A DNA stretch of 63,688 nucleotides, counting the filler. It is 5 parts of 5 records of this genome, joined end to end, with 100 filler letters (N's around TTAATTAATTAA, not from the genome) between each part and the next. Parts side by side here need not be neighbours in the genome. Positions count along the whole stretch, not along the records: positions 19,686 to 48,576 come from SRR2962707_2013; 4 more parts are not named here. The stretch is one strand, 5' to 3'. Below the pieces are notes generated by a model. The model was not told where the DNA came from and made no database searches. It saw only the letters and a program-made list of their open reading frames with translations. The first letter of the stretch is position 1; each line of letters begins with the position of its first letter. The translations under genes and the position numbers were made by a program. Positions 19,686 to 29,544 of the stretch are shown piece by piece.

Positions 19686-20658
19686 CGGGTCCAAGAAAGA
19701 GGGCCGCGTGACCTGCGATGCGCTGATGAAGCTCTGCAACCGCGAAGCGGTCGAGATGGTGATCGACGAGGGCGTGACCATGGTGGTGCAGGCGGGACAT
19801 GCGCCGATCATCAATGACGTGACCGAAAAGCTGATGCGGGTGGGCTGCGGGTCTGCAACCATTGGGATGTTTGCAAAACAGTGGCACGGCCACGTGGACG
19901 AGGTGGTCGTGGTCGACGATCACATCACCGGCGTGCTGACCGAACATGAATCCGGCAAGGGGTTGGAAATGGCACCGTCGGGGATCAAGGTCAAAGGGCG
20001 GCGTTCGACCCCGGGACGGTATTTCCAAGTGGCCGATCCGGGCACCGGCTGGGGCGGGACCAACGTACAGGATCCGTTGACGATTCTGAAACCCGCCGAT
20101 CCCAAGGTTGCAAAGTCGGGTCTGCGGCTGTTGATGATTTCGACCACCGGCGAACAATGGGCTTATTATGTGCTGGACGATGATTTGGTCCCGCAACGGG
20201 CCGAGATCACGCCGCCGTTGTTGGCGGTGGCCGAACGCATCGCCGAAAACTGCGAACCTTCGCTCTGTTCCGTGTTGTTCATGGGTGGCGCGGGCGGGTC
20301 CCTACGCGCGGGTGTTACGGAAAACCCTGTGTGCCTGACCCGGTCAGTCAAGGAATCGCTGACCTATGTGTCCTGCGGCGGGGCCGAGGCCTATGTCTGG
20401 CCCGGAGGCGGCATCACCGTCATGGTCGATGTGATGGATATGCCAACCAATTCTTTTGGTTATGTGCCGACGCCGGCACTGGTCGCGCCTATAGAATTCA
20501 CCCTTCGGCGCGAAGATTACAGCGCTTTGGGTGGTCATATGAACCACATCCGGCCGGTTCAGTCAGTTATCCACGCGGACAACCGTCGCGTGCCACACAA
20601 CGCCTCCCAGCCCGATCCGCAGGACAGTCGGAATTATCGCTGGGTCACAGGGTCCTGA
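19686..20658 (+). CDS. 6-hydroxynicotinate reductase-like protein, 5'-truncated
   Basis: MRVGCGSATIGMFA, VVVVDDHITGVL, RRSTPGRYF, GAGGSLRAGV, VWPGGGIT and VPTPALVAPIEFT match the proteobacterial family carrying this annotation. The UPF0280 plus two DUF1185 neighbours fit. Confidence 0.78.
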
Positions 20659-21506
20659 TGCGCCCTGTCGCCGCCCTTCTCTCCGGGGATCGCCTGCACC
20701 TTCAGCATGGGCCGATCGACCTTGTCATCGGGGTGACGGGTGACCGGCAGACGGCATTCGCGGCCGCGCGGGACCGGTTCGAAACGGTGCTGGACGAATT
20801 GGTGGCGGAGCTGGATCTGCTACGGCGACCCGTCAGCGATGCCCCGTTGGGCGCAATCGCAGGGCACATGTTTGATGCCACCTGGCCCCATGCGGATGGC
20901 GTTGTGACCCCGATGGCGGCGGTCGCGGGATCCGTTGCACAAGCGGTCCTGTCGGAGATGGTTGCCGCCACGCCGCTGACCCGCGCCTATGTGAACAACG
21001 GCGGCGACATCGCTTTGCACCTGTCGGGGACCACCACTTATCGCCTGGCGGTGTCGGCGCCGGATGGCACCGGTTTGGGCGTGGTCGAGATTTCGGCCAG
21101 CGATCCAATGCGTGGCATCGCCACCAGTGGGCATGGTGGACGCAGCCTGTCCTTTGGCATTGCGGATGCGGTCACGGTGCTGGCGCGCACAGCGGCGCAG
21201 GCAGATGTGGCGGCGACCCTGATCGCAAACGCGGTTGACGTGCCGGGGCATGCATCGATCCACCGCCAACGTGCCCGCGACGTTCAGCCAGATTCGGACC
21301 TGCGGGACCATATTGTGGTGACACGGGTCGGCCAGTTGACCGCGTCCGAGGTTGACGGGGCTCTCGACCGGGGACAGGCTGTGGCGCAAAAGATGGCCGC
21401 GGCGGGCCTTATCCAAGGTGCGGCGCTGTTTCTGAGGGGGGCGGCACGGGCGACCGGGTCGCCGCGAACACACATTTTACAAGGAAAGACACTGACACAT
21501 GCCTGA
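20658..21506 (+). CDS. UPF0280 / ApbE-like family protein
   Basis: LHLQHGPIDL, TPMAAVAG, VNNGGDIA, ATSGHGGRSLSFGIADAVTV and ADVAATLIAN. ATG overlaps the upstream stop (TGATG). Confidence 0.85.
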   Translation: MRPVAALLSGDRLHLQHGPIDLVIGVTGDRQTAFAAARDRFETVLDELVAELDLLRRPVSDAPLGAIAGHMFDATWPHADGVVTPMAAVAGSVAQAVLSEMVAATPLTRAYVNNGGDIALHLSGTTTYRLAVSAPDGTGLGVVEISASDPMRGIATSGHGGRSLSFGIADAVTVLARTAAQADVAATLIANAVDVPGHASIHRQRARDVQPDSDLRDHIVVTRVGQLTASEVDGALDRGQAVAQKMAAAGLIQGAALFLRGAARATGSPRTHILQGKTLTHA

Positions 21507-22083
21507 TGTCGAAATCCGCAAGATCGTCACCTCAGTTGAGGAAATCTTTCACGAAGGTGGGCCGCGCGCCAATACGCCGCAGAAACGTGGCGCAATCTTT
21601 GCCGTGATCCGGAACCCCTTTGCGGGCCGATATGTCGAGGATATTCAACCCTTCATGGAAGATCTGAGACCGCTTGGCGTCGATCTTGCGCAACGCCTAT
21701 TGGCCGCGCTGGGTGGGGATGCAAAGTTGATCGAGGGTTACGGCAAAGGCGCCATCATCGGCGCCGCCGGAGAGCTGGAGCATGGCGCGCTTTGGCACGC
21801 GCCGGGGGGATATGCCATGCGCGAGGTGCTTGGCGATTCCAAGGCTATCGTACCATCGACCAAAAAGGTCGGCGGCGTGGGCGCGCGCCTGGACGTCCCT
21901 GTGACGCATTTGGATGCGTCCTATGTGCGCAGCCATTTCGACTCCATCGAAGTGGGCTGCAACGATAGCCCGCGCGCGGATGAGCTGCTGTTTGTCCTGG
22001 TGATGACCTCGGGTGCACGGGTGCACAACCGGGCCGGTGGTCTGGCGGCGGCGGACATCAAGGTAGGGGACGGGTTGAAATGA
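21499..22083 (+). CDS. DUF1185 ('amino acid synthesis') family protein, copy 1
   Basis: AVIRNPFAGRY, YGKGAIIGAAGELEHG and YVRSHFD. Confidence 0.85.
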   Translation: MPDVEIRKIVTSVEEIFHEGGPRANTPQKRGAIFAVIRNPFAGRYVEDIQPFMEDLRPLGVDLAQRLLAALGGDAKLIEGYGKGAIIGAAGELEHGALWHAPGGYAMREVLGDSKAIVPSTKKVGGVGARLDVPVTHLDASYVRSHFDSIEVGCNDSPRADELLFVLVMTSGARVHNRAGGLAAADIKVGDGLK

Positions 22084-22664
22084 GCGCGGATATTCGCAAG
22101 ATCGCCGTTTGGGTCGAAGAGACCCATCGCGAAATCGGCCAGACAATCACCCCGCCAACGCGCAAGGCCGTGGCCGTTGCAGTGATCGCCAATCCCTTTG
22201 CCGGGAAATATGTTGATGACCTTAGTGATCTGATGGATATCGGGGCAGAACTGGGTGCGCTGCTGGGCGATAAATGTGTTGCGGCGCTGGGGATCGCGCC
22301 GTCGCAGGCCCAAAGCTATGGTAAGGCCGCCATGGTCGGCGAAAATGGAGAGCTGGAGCATGCCGCTGCCATCCTGCACCCAAAGCTCGGCGCACCTTTG
22401 CGCAAAGCTGTGGAGAAGGGTGCGGCCCTGGTGCCCTCATCCAAAAAGATGGGCGGCCTTGGGCAGGTTCTTGATGTGCCTCTCGGTCACAAGGACGCAG
22501 CTTATGTGCGGTCCCATTTCGACGGGATCGAGGTGCGTCTGAACGATGCCCCGCGCCCAAACGAAATCATGGTTGCCGTGGCTGTCACGGATTCGGGGCG
22601 ACCGCTACCCCGAGTCGGCGGGCTGACACATGAGGATGCTGTGGGCCAAGACGGGTTGCGCTGA
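22080..22664 (+). CDS. DUF1185 family protein, copy 2
   Basis: AVIANPFAGKY, YGKAAMVGENGELEHA, YVRSHFD and GRPLPRVGGL. ATGA overlap with copy 1. Confidence 0.85.
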   Translation: MSADIRKIAVWVEETHREIGQTITPPTRKAVAVAVIANPFAGKYVDDLSDLMDIGAELGALLGDKCVAALGIAPSQAQSYGKAAMVGENGELEHAAAILHPKLGAPLRKAVEKGAALVPSSKKMGGLGQVLDVPLGHKDAAYVRSHFDGIEVRLNDAPRPNEIMVAVAVTDSGRPLPRVGGLTHEDAVGQDGLR

Positions 22665-22796
22665 GCCCGCTCTTACTTGGCCGCGGGGCCTGCGCCTTGA
22701 GGCCACCCATCAGTTTTCTGATTGGAGGGAGCGGCAGGTGTTTTAAGTTTCTTCTCTTTCTAGATACGTAAACGCGACAGTGCAGACAGGGATGTG

Positions 22797-23222
22797 TCAG
22801 AGTTTGTCGAGTAGATCCAGCAAACGCTCTACTTCTCGCGGGGTCAGATTGCCGACCGTTTGGGCAGAAATCTCGCGCGCCGTGGTGACGGCCTCTTGTG
22901 CAAAGACATGCCCCTCTTCGGTCAAGGAGATTTCAAGGCGGCGCATATCTGTTTTGGATGCCGTACTTTGTAGGAATCCTTTCTTACGCAGTCGGTCGAC
23001 CACACCCTTGGTCGTGGCCGCATCCATGCCGACCAGCCGGCCCAGGTGGTTCTGACTGATGGTGCCTTCGTCCTGCAATTTGGCCAATACGGCGAACTGG
23101 GTCGGTGTGACGTCGGGCATGAGGCGGGCAAACACTTCGAGGTGTTTCTGGTTGGCCAGCCGCAGCTTGAAGCCGATCTGTTCATCGAGCCGGTATTCCG
23201 GAGTCGTATTCGGCGTTTTCAC
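22797..23222 (-). CDS. MarR family transcriptional regulator (NicR-like)
   Basis: YRLDEQIGFKLRLANQKH, TPTQFAVL, SQNHLGRLVGMDAATTKGVVDRL and DMRR winged-helix motifs. Start at GTG 23222 is uncertain. Confidence 0.88.
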   Translation of the reverse strand: MKTPNTTPEYRLDEQIGFKLRLANQKHLEVFARLMPDVTPTQFAVLAKLQDEGTISQNHLGRLVGMDAATTKGVVDRLRKKGFLQSTASKTDMRRLEISLTEEGHVFAQEAVTTAREISAQTVGNLTPREVERLLDLLDKL

Positions 23223-23385
23223 GTCTCTAAGCACGGGGAGTGTCCATAAACCTGCGGGTCGGCCCGCGCAGTCCTTGCGGCGGTACCAAACCAGTGATGA
23301 GCGCCCGGCCCTTTGCAAACCGCACGAGAATTGTGCATCATCCTTTCACGAAACGCAGCCGGGGTAAACATGGAGTTCACAGCAA

Positions 23386-23411
23386 AAATTTGTTTGACAG
23401 CTAACAAGTTT
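23386..23411. promoter_or_regulatory. Imperfect palindrome TTGTTTGACAGCTAACAA overlapping a TTGACA hexamer; candidate MarR operator
   Basis: TTGTT...AACAA arms at 23390-23407 in the divergent MarR/Rieske spacer. TTGACA at 23394-23399. Confidence 0.5.
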
Positions 23412-23482
23412 TCGGGGCCACATGGGGCAAGCACCGGTTCCTGTGGAAACGGGTTCGCCAAAGATGCAAAGGAGCGGAATTG

Positions 23483-24550
23483 ATGTCGTTCGTGAAAAAT
23501 GCTTGGTACGTGGCCGGCTGGTCCTCGGACTTTGCAGAGCCGTTGGCATCACTGATGATCCTGTCGCAGCCGCTGGTGATGTTTCGCGCGTCGGACAACA
23601 GCGTGGTCGCTCTTGAAGATCGCTGCCCGCACCGTCAACTGCCGCTCAGCCGAGGTAAGCGGATCGGCGACACGATCCAGTGCGGCTACCATGGGATGAC
23701 ATTTGACGGTGCAGGCAAATGCGTACGTGTCCCCGGTCAGGACAACCTTCCGGCTTCGGCTTATGTGGATGCTTTTCCGGTGCATGAGGCGCACGGGATC
23801 GTCTGGGTCTGGATGGGTGATCCGGCCAAGGCGGATGTATCCAAGATTTTCGATCTGCCGGAAATGGGGCACGCGGATTGGCACCTGCACCATGGCGACA
23901 AGCTGCACATTCAGGCGAACTACCTGAACGTGGCGGAAAATCTTGTTGATCCGGCCCATGTCAGTTTCGTGCATCCGACCACGCTGGGCAATGCGGCGTC
24001 GGAAAACGTCCCCGTGCACGTCAAGACCAGTGGCGAGACGATCGTCGCGTGGCGCTGGATCCGCGATGCCGAACCCATCGGTTTTTTCAAGGCTTTTGGC
24101 GGATTTACCGGGAATGTGGACCGCTGGCATTATTATTACCTTCATCTGCCCTCGACAGCCGTGATCGACTTTGGCAGCGTAGACGCAGACCGCAAGCTGG
24201 ACGAGGAAGATCGCAATCAGGGGGTGCGGATCTTTGCCCTGCATTTTGTCACACCCGTAACCGAGGATTACACCATCGATCATTGGGCGCACCTGCGCAA
24301 CACGGCGCTGGGGGACGAAGCGGCGTCAGAGCAGATGGACAAGATGTTCCGCATCGCCTTTGCCGAGGATAAGGAGATCCTTGAGGCGGTGCATGAGGAG
24401 GAGAAGCGCCCCCACCGGCGCAAGCCAATCCGGATCGCCATCGACAAGGGGCCGAATGTCTATCGCAAACGTATCCGCGACCTTGTCGAATCGGAGGCGA
24501 CAGAGGACCTCGGTGATCCGGTCCGACCGGTATTCGTACAGCACGACTGA
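23483..24550 (+). CDS. Rieske non-heme iron oxygenase alpha subunit (VanA-like)
   Basis: Rieske CPH...CGYH, mononuclear iron motif ENLVDPAHVSFVH and late Asp in EDKEILE. AGGAG RBS at 23470-23474. Confidence 0.92.
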   Translation: MSFVKNAWYVAGWSSDFAEPLASLMILSQPLVMFRASDNSVVALEDRCPHRQLPLSRGKRIGDTIQCGYHGMTFDGAGKCVRVPGQDNLPASAYVDAFPVHEAHGIVWVWMGDPAKADVSKIFDLPEMGHADWHLHHGDKLHIQANYLNVAENLVDPAHVSFVHPTTLGNAASENVPVHVKTSGETIVAWRWIRDAEPIGFFKAFGGFTGNVDRWHYYYLHLPSTAVIDFGSVDADRKLDEEDRNQGVRIFALHFVTPVTEDYTIDHWAHLRNTALGDEAASEQMDKMFRIAFAEDKEILEAVHEEEKRPHRRKPIRIAIDKGPNVYRKRIRDLVESEATEDLGDPVRPVFVQHD

Positions 24551-24617
24551 ACTTAACACTTCCCAAGAAAGCCCCGGCAACCAATAAAAAAGGGGCGTCT
24601 GACAGAGAGGAACTGCA

Positions 24618-25835
24618 ATGCAACGGAAAACTTTTCTCAAGGGTCTAATGGGGGCGGCGCTGCTGGCCAGCGCAGCACCTGTCGCCTTTGCCCAAAGCGG
24701 CGAGCCGATCAAGATCGGCGAGATCAACCACTACAAGCGCATGGCGGCCTTTGCCGAACCCTACAAGAAGGGTATCGAATTGGCGCTGGAAGAAATCAAC
24801 GCTGACGGCGGCGTCATGGACCGCCCGCTAGAGTTCATCTTCCGCGATGATCAGGGCGATCCGGGCGAAGCGATCAAGATCGCCGAGGAGTTGATGACGC
24901 GTGACGGTGCTGTGATGCTGACCGGATCGATTCTGTCGAACGTTGGACTGGCCATCGCCTCTGTCGCGGGTGAAAAGAAGTGGGTTTATCTGGCCGCCGA
25001 ACCGCTGGCGGATGCCGTGACCTGGGGCGCGGGCAACCCTTATACCTTCCGTCTGCGCGCATCGACCTACATGCAGGCGGCGATGCTGGCCGAAGCCGCG
25101 GCCAAAACCGACGCGGTTCGCTATGCCACGATCGCGCCGAACTATGCCTACGGCAAAGACGCGGTGGCGGCGTTCAAGGAGGTTTTGGCCAAGCTCAAGC
25201 CCGACGTCGAATTCGTTGCTGAACAATGGCCGGCGCTGTTCAAGATCGATTCGGGAGCCGAGGTACAGGCGTTGGAGCGCGCGAAACCCGACGCGATCTA
25301 TAACGTGACCTTTGGCACCGACCTCGCCAAGTTCGTACGCGATGGAAACACCCGTGGTCTGTTCGAAGGGCGGACGGTCTACGGCCTGCTGTCGGGCGAA
25401 CCAGAATACCTAGAGCCGCTAGGCGACGAAGCCCCAGAAGGATGGGTCGTGACGGGCTATCCCTGGTACGACTTTGGCGACGATGATGCTGCCAACAAGG
25501 CATTTGTGGACGCTTATCAGGCGCGCTGGAGTGAGACACCCAAGATCGGTTCGCTCGTCGGGTACATGACGGCGGAATCGATCGCGGCCGCCCTGACCAA
25601 GGCCGGATCAACCGAAACCGAAGCGATCCGCGCTGCCTTTGAGGGTCTGTCCCTCGACACGCCGGTGGGCGAAATCACCTATCGCGAGATCGATAATCAG
25701 GCCACCATGGGCGCCTTTGTTGGTACCACGGCACTTGAGGATGGCGCGGGCGTGATGGTCGACTGGACCTATCTGAACGGTGCGGATTACCTGCCGTCCG
25801 ACGAAGAAGTGAAAAAGCTGCGTCCCTCAGAGTGA
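24618..25835 (+). CDS. LIV-type ABC transporter substrate-binding protein
   Basis: Signal peptide, IKIGEIN, EINADGGVMDRPLE, RDDQGDP and IAPNYAYG. Confidence 0.9.
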   Translation: MQRKTFLKGLMGAALLASAAPVAFAQSGEPIKIGEINHYKRMAAFAEPYKKGIELALEEINADGGVMDRPLEFIFRDDQGDPGEAIKIAEELMTRDGAVMLTGSILSNVGLAIASVAGEKKWVYLAAEPLADAVTWGAGNPYTFRLRASTYMQAAMLAEAAAKTDAVRYATIAPNYAYGKDAVAAFKEVLAKLKPDVEFVAEQWPALFKIDSGAEVQALERAKPDAIYNVTFGTDLAKFVRDGNTRGLFEGRTVYGLLSGEPEYLEPLGDEAPEGWVVTGYPWYDFGDDDAANKAFVDAYQARWSETPKIGSLVGYMTAESIAAALTKAGSTETEAIRAAFEGLSLDTPVGEITYREIDNQATMGAFVGTTALEDGAGVMVDWTYLNGADYLPSDEEVKKLRPSE

Positions 25836-25846
25836 GGTGACACACT

Positions 25847-25869
25847 GGCCCGGGGCTATTCCCCGGGCC
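25847..25869 (+). other. GC-rich intra-operon hairpin after the ABC binding-protein gene
   Basis: GGCCCGGGG-CTATT-CCCCGGGCC, a perfect 9-bp stem with no U tract. Confidence 0.7.
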
Positions 25870-25910
25870 GGTCCATCCGAAATTCCCCCAAGACAGACAG
25901 GAGACCTGCA

Positions 25911-27773
25911 ATGGGTCTGTTTCTAGCACAGCTTTTGACCGGGCTGGCCAATGCGGGTGCGTTGTTCATGGTCGCCTCTGGCCTGTCGCTGATCTTTGGC
26001 GTGACGCGGATCGTGAACTTTGCGCACGGCTCCTTTTACATGTTGGGGGCTTATGTCGGCTGGTCGCTGATGCAGGTGCTTCCGGGCATGGTCGGGTTCT
26101 GGGCGGCGATCCTGCTGGCCGGCATCTTAGTCGGATTGATCGGCGTAATCGTCGAAGTCTGTGTTCTGCGCCCGGTCTATTCCGCGCCCGAGCTGTTTCA
26201 GCTTGTGGCGACCTTTGGCGTCATCCTTGTTATTCAGGACCTCACCCTGATGATCTGGGGGGCCGAAGATCTGCTGGGGCCGCGTGCGCCGGGCCTCAGG
26301 GGGATCGTGCGGATCATGGATGAACCCGTGCCGCAATACGACCTTGCCCTGATCGCCATCACGCCGTTCGTCGCCTTTGCCCTGTGGTATCTGATCACCA
26401 AGACCCGCGTTGGCATCCTTGTCCGCGCCGCCACGCAGGACCGTGAAATGGTCGGGGCGCTTGGCGTTAATCAAAGCTGGCTGTTCACCGGCGTCTTCTT
26501 CCTGGGCTGCGCGCTGGCCGGTCTGGGGGGCGCTGTACAGTTGCCCAAGGGCGGCGCAGACCTGTTGATGGATTTTAACATCCTGACCTCTGTCTTTGTG
26601 GTGGTGGTGATTGGTGGCATGGGGTCACTGCCGGGGGCATACCTTGCTGCTGTCATCATCTCGGTCCTGAACGTGTTCGGGGTATCCTATATCCCGCAGT
26701 CAACGCTGGTGCTGATGTTCGTGGTGATGGTTGTCGTACTGATCTTTCGCCCCTTCGGTCTGTTCGGTCGAGAGGAGATCGCGGGCGAGCACGGCCAAGT
26801 AGGGGAACCCGAGCGACCCATAAAACCGGCGGGCCTGCCTATGCGCATGATGGTGGCGGCGGGGTTGGTGTTGCTGGGGTTGATCCCGGTGCTGGGCTCC
26901 AACTTTACCGAAGTACTTGCGACCGACATCCTGATCTTTTGCCTCTTTGCGGCGTCACTGCACTTTATGCTGGGCATGGGCGGGCTGGTCAGTTTTGGCC
27001 ACGCGGCATTCTTTGGCGGCGGGGCCTATGTGGCGGCACTGTTCGTGACGTATGCCAATACGCCGATGGAACTTGCCCTGATCCTGGCGCCGCTTGGTGC
27101 GGGGCTTGCGGCGGTCATTATTGGCTGGGTCTGCCTGCGCAGCACGGGCGTGTACTTTGCCATGCTTACATTGGCCTTTGCCCAGCTGTTGTGGAGCCTC
27201 GTGTTCCAGTGGGGCGACTTTACAGGAGGAGATGACGGGCTGGTCAACATTTGGCCGTCGGCATGGGCCTCGTCCAATACGGTCTTTTTCTACCTCTCTC
27301 TGGTGATCTGTGCGGGTGGCATTTTGCTGTTACGCCATGCGGCACATTCGCCCTTTGGCTATGCCCTGCGGGCCGCGCGTGACAGCGCACGCCAGGCCGA
27401 GGCAATGGGCATCGACACCAAGCGTATCCAATGGGTCGCTTTCGCCTTTGCTGGTGCCATGGCGGGCGTCGCAGGTGGGTTGTTCGTGTTTTCCAAGGGC
27501 AGCGTGTTCCCGAACGAGCTTGAGATCGCCCGGTCCTTTGACGCGCTGATCGTGGTGTTTCTGGGCGGCGTTAAGACACTATCGGGTGGGTGGGTCGGCG
27601 GGGCATCATTTGAGGCGGTCAAGGACTACCTCACCCGGTTCGAATACTGGCGCCTCGCGTTGGGTCTGCTGATCATCGGGGTGGTCATCCTCGCCCCCGA
27701 AGGCATCGTGGGCTCCTTGCGCAGGCTAGGTGAACGCGTCGGGCTGCTCAATGCTGCGGAGGACAAGCGATGA
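25911..27773 (+). CDS. Fused LivH-LivM type ABC permease
   Basis: GLSLIFGVTRIVNFAHG (LivH-like) and GLVSFGHAAFFGGGAY / GVYFAMLTLAFAQ (LivM-like) within one 620-aa ORF. Confidence 0.9.
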   Translation: MGLFLAQLLTGLANAGALFMVASGLSLIFGVTRIVNFAHGSFYMLGAYVGWSLMQVLPGMVGFWAAILLAGILVGLIGVIVEVCVLRPVYSAPELFQLVATFGVILVIQDLTLMIWGAEDLLGPRAPGLRGIVRIMDEPVPQYDLALIAITPFVAFALWYLITKTRVGILVRAATQDREMVGALGVNQSWLFTGVFFLGCALAGLGGAVQLPKGGADLLMDFNILTSVFVVVVIGGMGSLPGAYLAAVIISVLNVFGVSYIPQSTLVLMFVVMVVVLIFRPFGLFGREEIAGEHGQVGEPERPIKPAGLPMRMMVAAGLVLLGLIPVLGSNFTEVLATDILIFCLFAASLHFMLGMGGLVSFGHAAFFGGGAYVAALFVTYANTPMELALILAPLGAGLAAVIIGWVCLRSTGVYFAMLTLAFAQLLWSLVFQWGDFTGGDDGLVNIWPSAWASSNTVFFYLSLVICAGGILLLRHAAHSPFGYALRAARDSARQAEAMGIDTKRIQWVAFAFAGAMAGVAGGLFVFSKGSVFPNELEIARSFDALIVVFLGGVKTLSGGWVGGASFEAVKDYLTRFEYWRLALGLLIIGVVILAPEGIVGSLRRLGERVGLLNAAEDKR

Positions 27774-28561
27774 GCCCGGTTCTTACGGTCGAACATCTGA
27801 GCCGCACCTTTGGGGCGATCAAGGCGGTTGACGACGTGTCCTTTTCGCTTGAGCAAGGCGAATTGCTGGCCTTGATCGGCCCCAATGGCGCGGGTAAAAG
27901 TACCTGCTTCAATATGCTAATGGGACAGTTAAAACCGACCAGTGGTGTGGTGAAACTGAACGGCGAAAAGATCACCGGCCTTGCCCCGCGTCAGATCTGG
28001 CGCAAGGGCGTGGGTCGGACGTTCCAGATCACTGCGACCTACAGTTCGATGACTGTTGTCGAAAACGTGCAGATGGCGCTGATCTCTTACCACCGGCGCA
28101 TCTATTCGATGCTGCCCTACGCCCACAAGATGTACCGCGCCCGCGCACTTGAATTGTTGGACACCGTTGGCATGGTGGATCAGGCGGAACGGCACTGCGC
28201 GGTGCTGGCTTACGGGGATCTTAAGCGGCTCGAACTTGCGGTGGCGCTGGCGCATGATCCAAAACTGCTGCTGATGGACGAACCCACCGCCGGCATGGCC
28301 CCTCGCGAACGCATCGCGCTGATGCAGCTGACAGCGGATATCGTGCGGGATCAGGGGGTCAGCTGCCTGTTCACGGAACACGACATGGACGTGGTCTTTG
28401 CCCATGCGCACCGGATCATGGTTCTGAACCGCGGGCAGTTGATCGCCGGTGGATCGGTCGAAGAGATCCGCAACAATCCGCAGGTCCAAGAGGTTTATCT
28501 GGGCGGCGGGACGCTGTTCAATCCGGCAGACGGTCCGACAGGGGAGAGAGCCGATGCTTGA
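27770..28561 (+). CDS. ABC ATP-binding protein (LivG-like)
   Basis: GPNGAGKST, RTFQ, LAYGDLKRLE, LLMDEP and EHDM. Confidence 0.92.
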   Translation: MSPVLTVEHLSRTFGAIKAVDDVSFSLEQGELLALIGPNGAGKSTCFNMLMGQLKPTSGVVKLNGEKITGLAPRQIWRKGVGRTFQITATYSSMTVVENVQMALISYHRRIYSMLPYAHKMYRARALELLDTVGMVDQAERHCAVLAYGDLKRLELAVALAHDPKLLLMDEPTAGMAPRERIALMQLTADIVRDQGVSCLFTEHDMDVVFAHAHRIMVLNRGQLIAGGSVEEIRNNPQVQEVYLGGGTLFNPADGPTGERADA

Positions 28562-29255
28562 GGTATCAGTCGTCAATGCCTTCTATGGGAAGGCGCATGT
28601 GCTCAATGATCTGAGCCTTGAAGTCGGGCGGGGCAAGGTCGTGGCGCTGCTCGGCCGCAATGGCGCGGGCAAGACCACGACGATGAAGTCAATTATGCAG
28701 ATGGTGCCGCCCCGATCAGGCAAGGTCAGGTATCTGGGTCAGGACATCACGGGGTGGCCGCCGCACCGCGTAGCCAAGGCAGGTCTGGGATACGTCCCCG
28801 AAGAGCGGCGGATCTTTACCCAGCTGACGGTGCTGGAAAACCTCGAAGTTGGCCGCCAGCCCCCGCGCGAAGGCTGCATCACTTGGACAGAGGATATGTT
28901 GTTCGAACTGTTCCCGAACCTTGCCGAACGGCGCGAAAACCGGGGCAAGGCGCTGTCGGGCGGTGAACAGCAGATGCTCACCATAGCGCGCACATTGATG
29001 GGCAATCCAGCACTGGTTCTGCTGGACGAACCAAGCGAAGGTATCGCGCCCGTAATCGTCGAGCAGATGGCAAAGGTGATCCTCCAGCTCAAGAGTGAGG
29101 GACTGACCGTGCTGCTGTCGGAACAGAACCTGCACTTTGCCCAGGCGGTCGCGGATTCCGTGGTGATCATCGAAAGTGGCAGTCAGAAATTTGCTGGCTC
29201 GCTTGCCGAACTGCAGGAAAAGCCGGAAATCCGGGACGCCTATTTGTCAGTCTGA
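28554..29255 (+). CDS. ABC ATP-binding protein (LivF-like)
   Basis: GRNGAGKTT, LSGGEQQML, LLDEPSEG and EQN. ATG 28554 with a purine-rich RBS. Confidence 0.92.
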   Translation: MLEVSVVNAFYGKAHVLNDLSLEVGRGKVVALLGRNGAGKTTTMKSIMQMVPPRSGKVRYLGQDITGWPPHRVAKAGLGYVPEERRIFTQLTVLENLEVGRQPPREGCITWTEDMLFELFPNLAERRENRGKALSGGEQQMLTIARTLMGNPALVLLDEPSEGIAPVIVEQMAKVILQLKSEGLTVLLSEQNLHFAQAVADSVVIIESGSQKFAGSLAELQEKPEIRDAYLSV

Positions 29256-29279
29256 AAATTTTGGACTGATCTCGTCGCG

Positions 29280-29381
29280 GTTGGGGGCTCTGCCCTCAAC
29301 CCGCCTTGCGGCGATCCCCCGGGGTATCCCGGGGATATAACATCGCGCGATCATTCCCTACTTCTTCTATTTTCTAATACA
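29280..29381. repeat. REP-like intergenic hairpin cluster
   Basis: GTTGGGGGCTCTGCCCTCAAC, CGCCTTGCGGCG and ATCCCCCGGGGTATCCCGGGGAT stems in series, then a TCTTCT-N8-ATAC motif. Confidence 0.5.
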
Positions 29382-29544
29382 TCTCAGAAATCGTTGAATC
29401 TGTGGTGCCGTTAGGTTGCCGTTTGCGCATTGGTTTCGCAGATCGCTCATTTTGCGTGCACAGGGTTCTTGATTTTAGCGGTACCTGCCGATATAAATTC
29501 ACATGTCAGAAATAAATTCTGCATAGTGGAAATTGGAGGGCACT

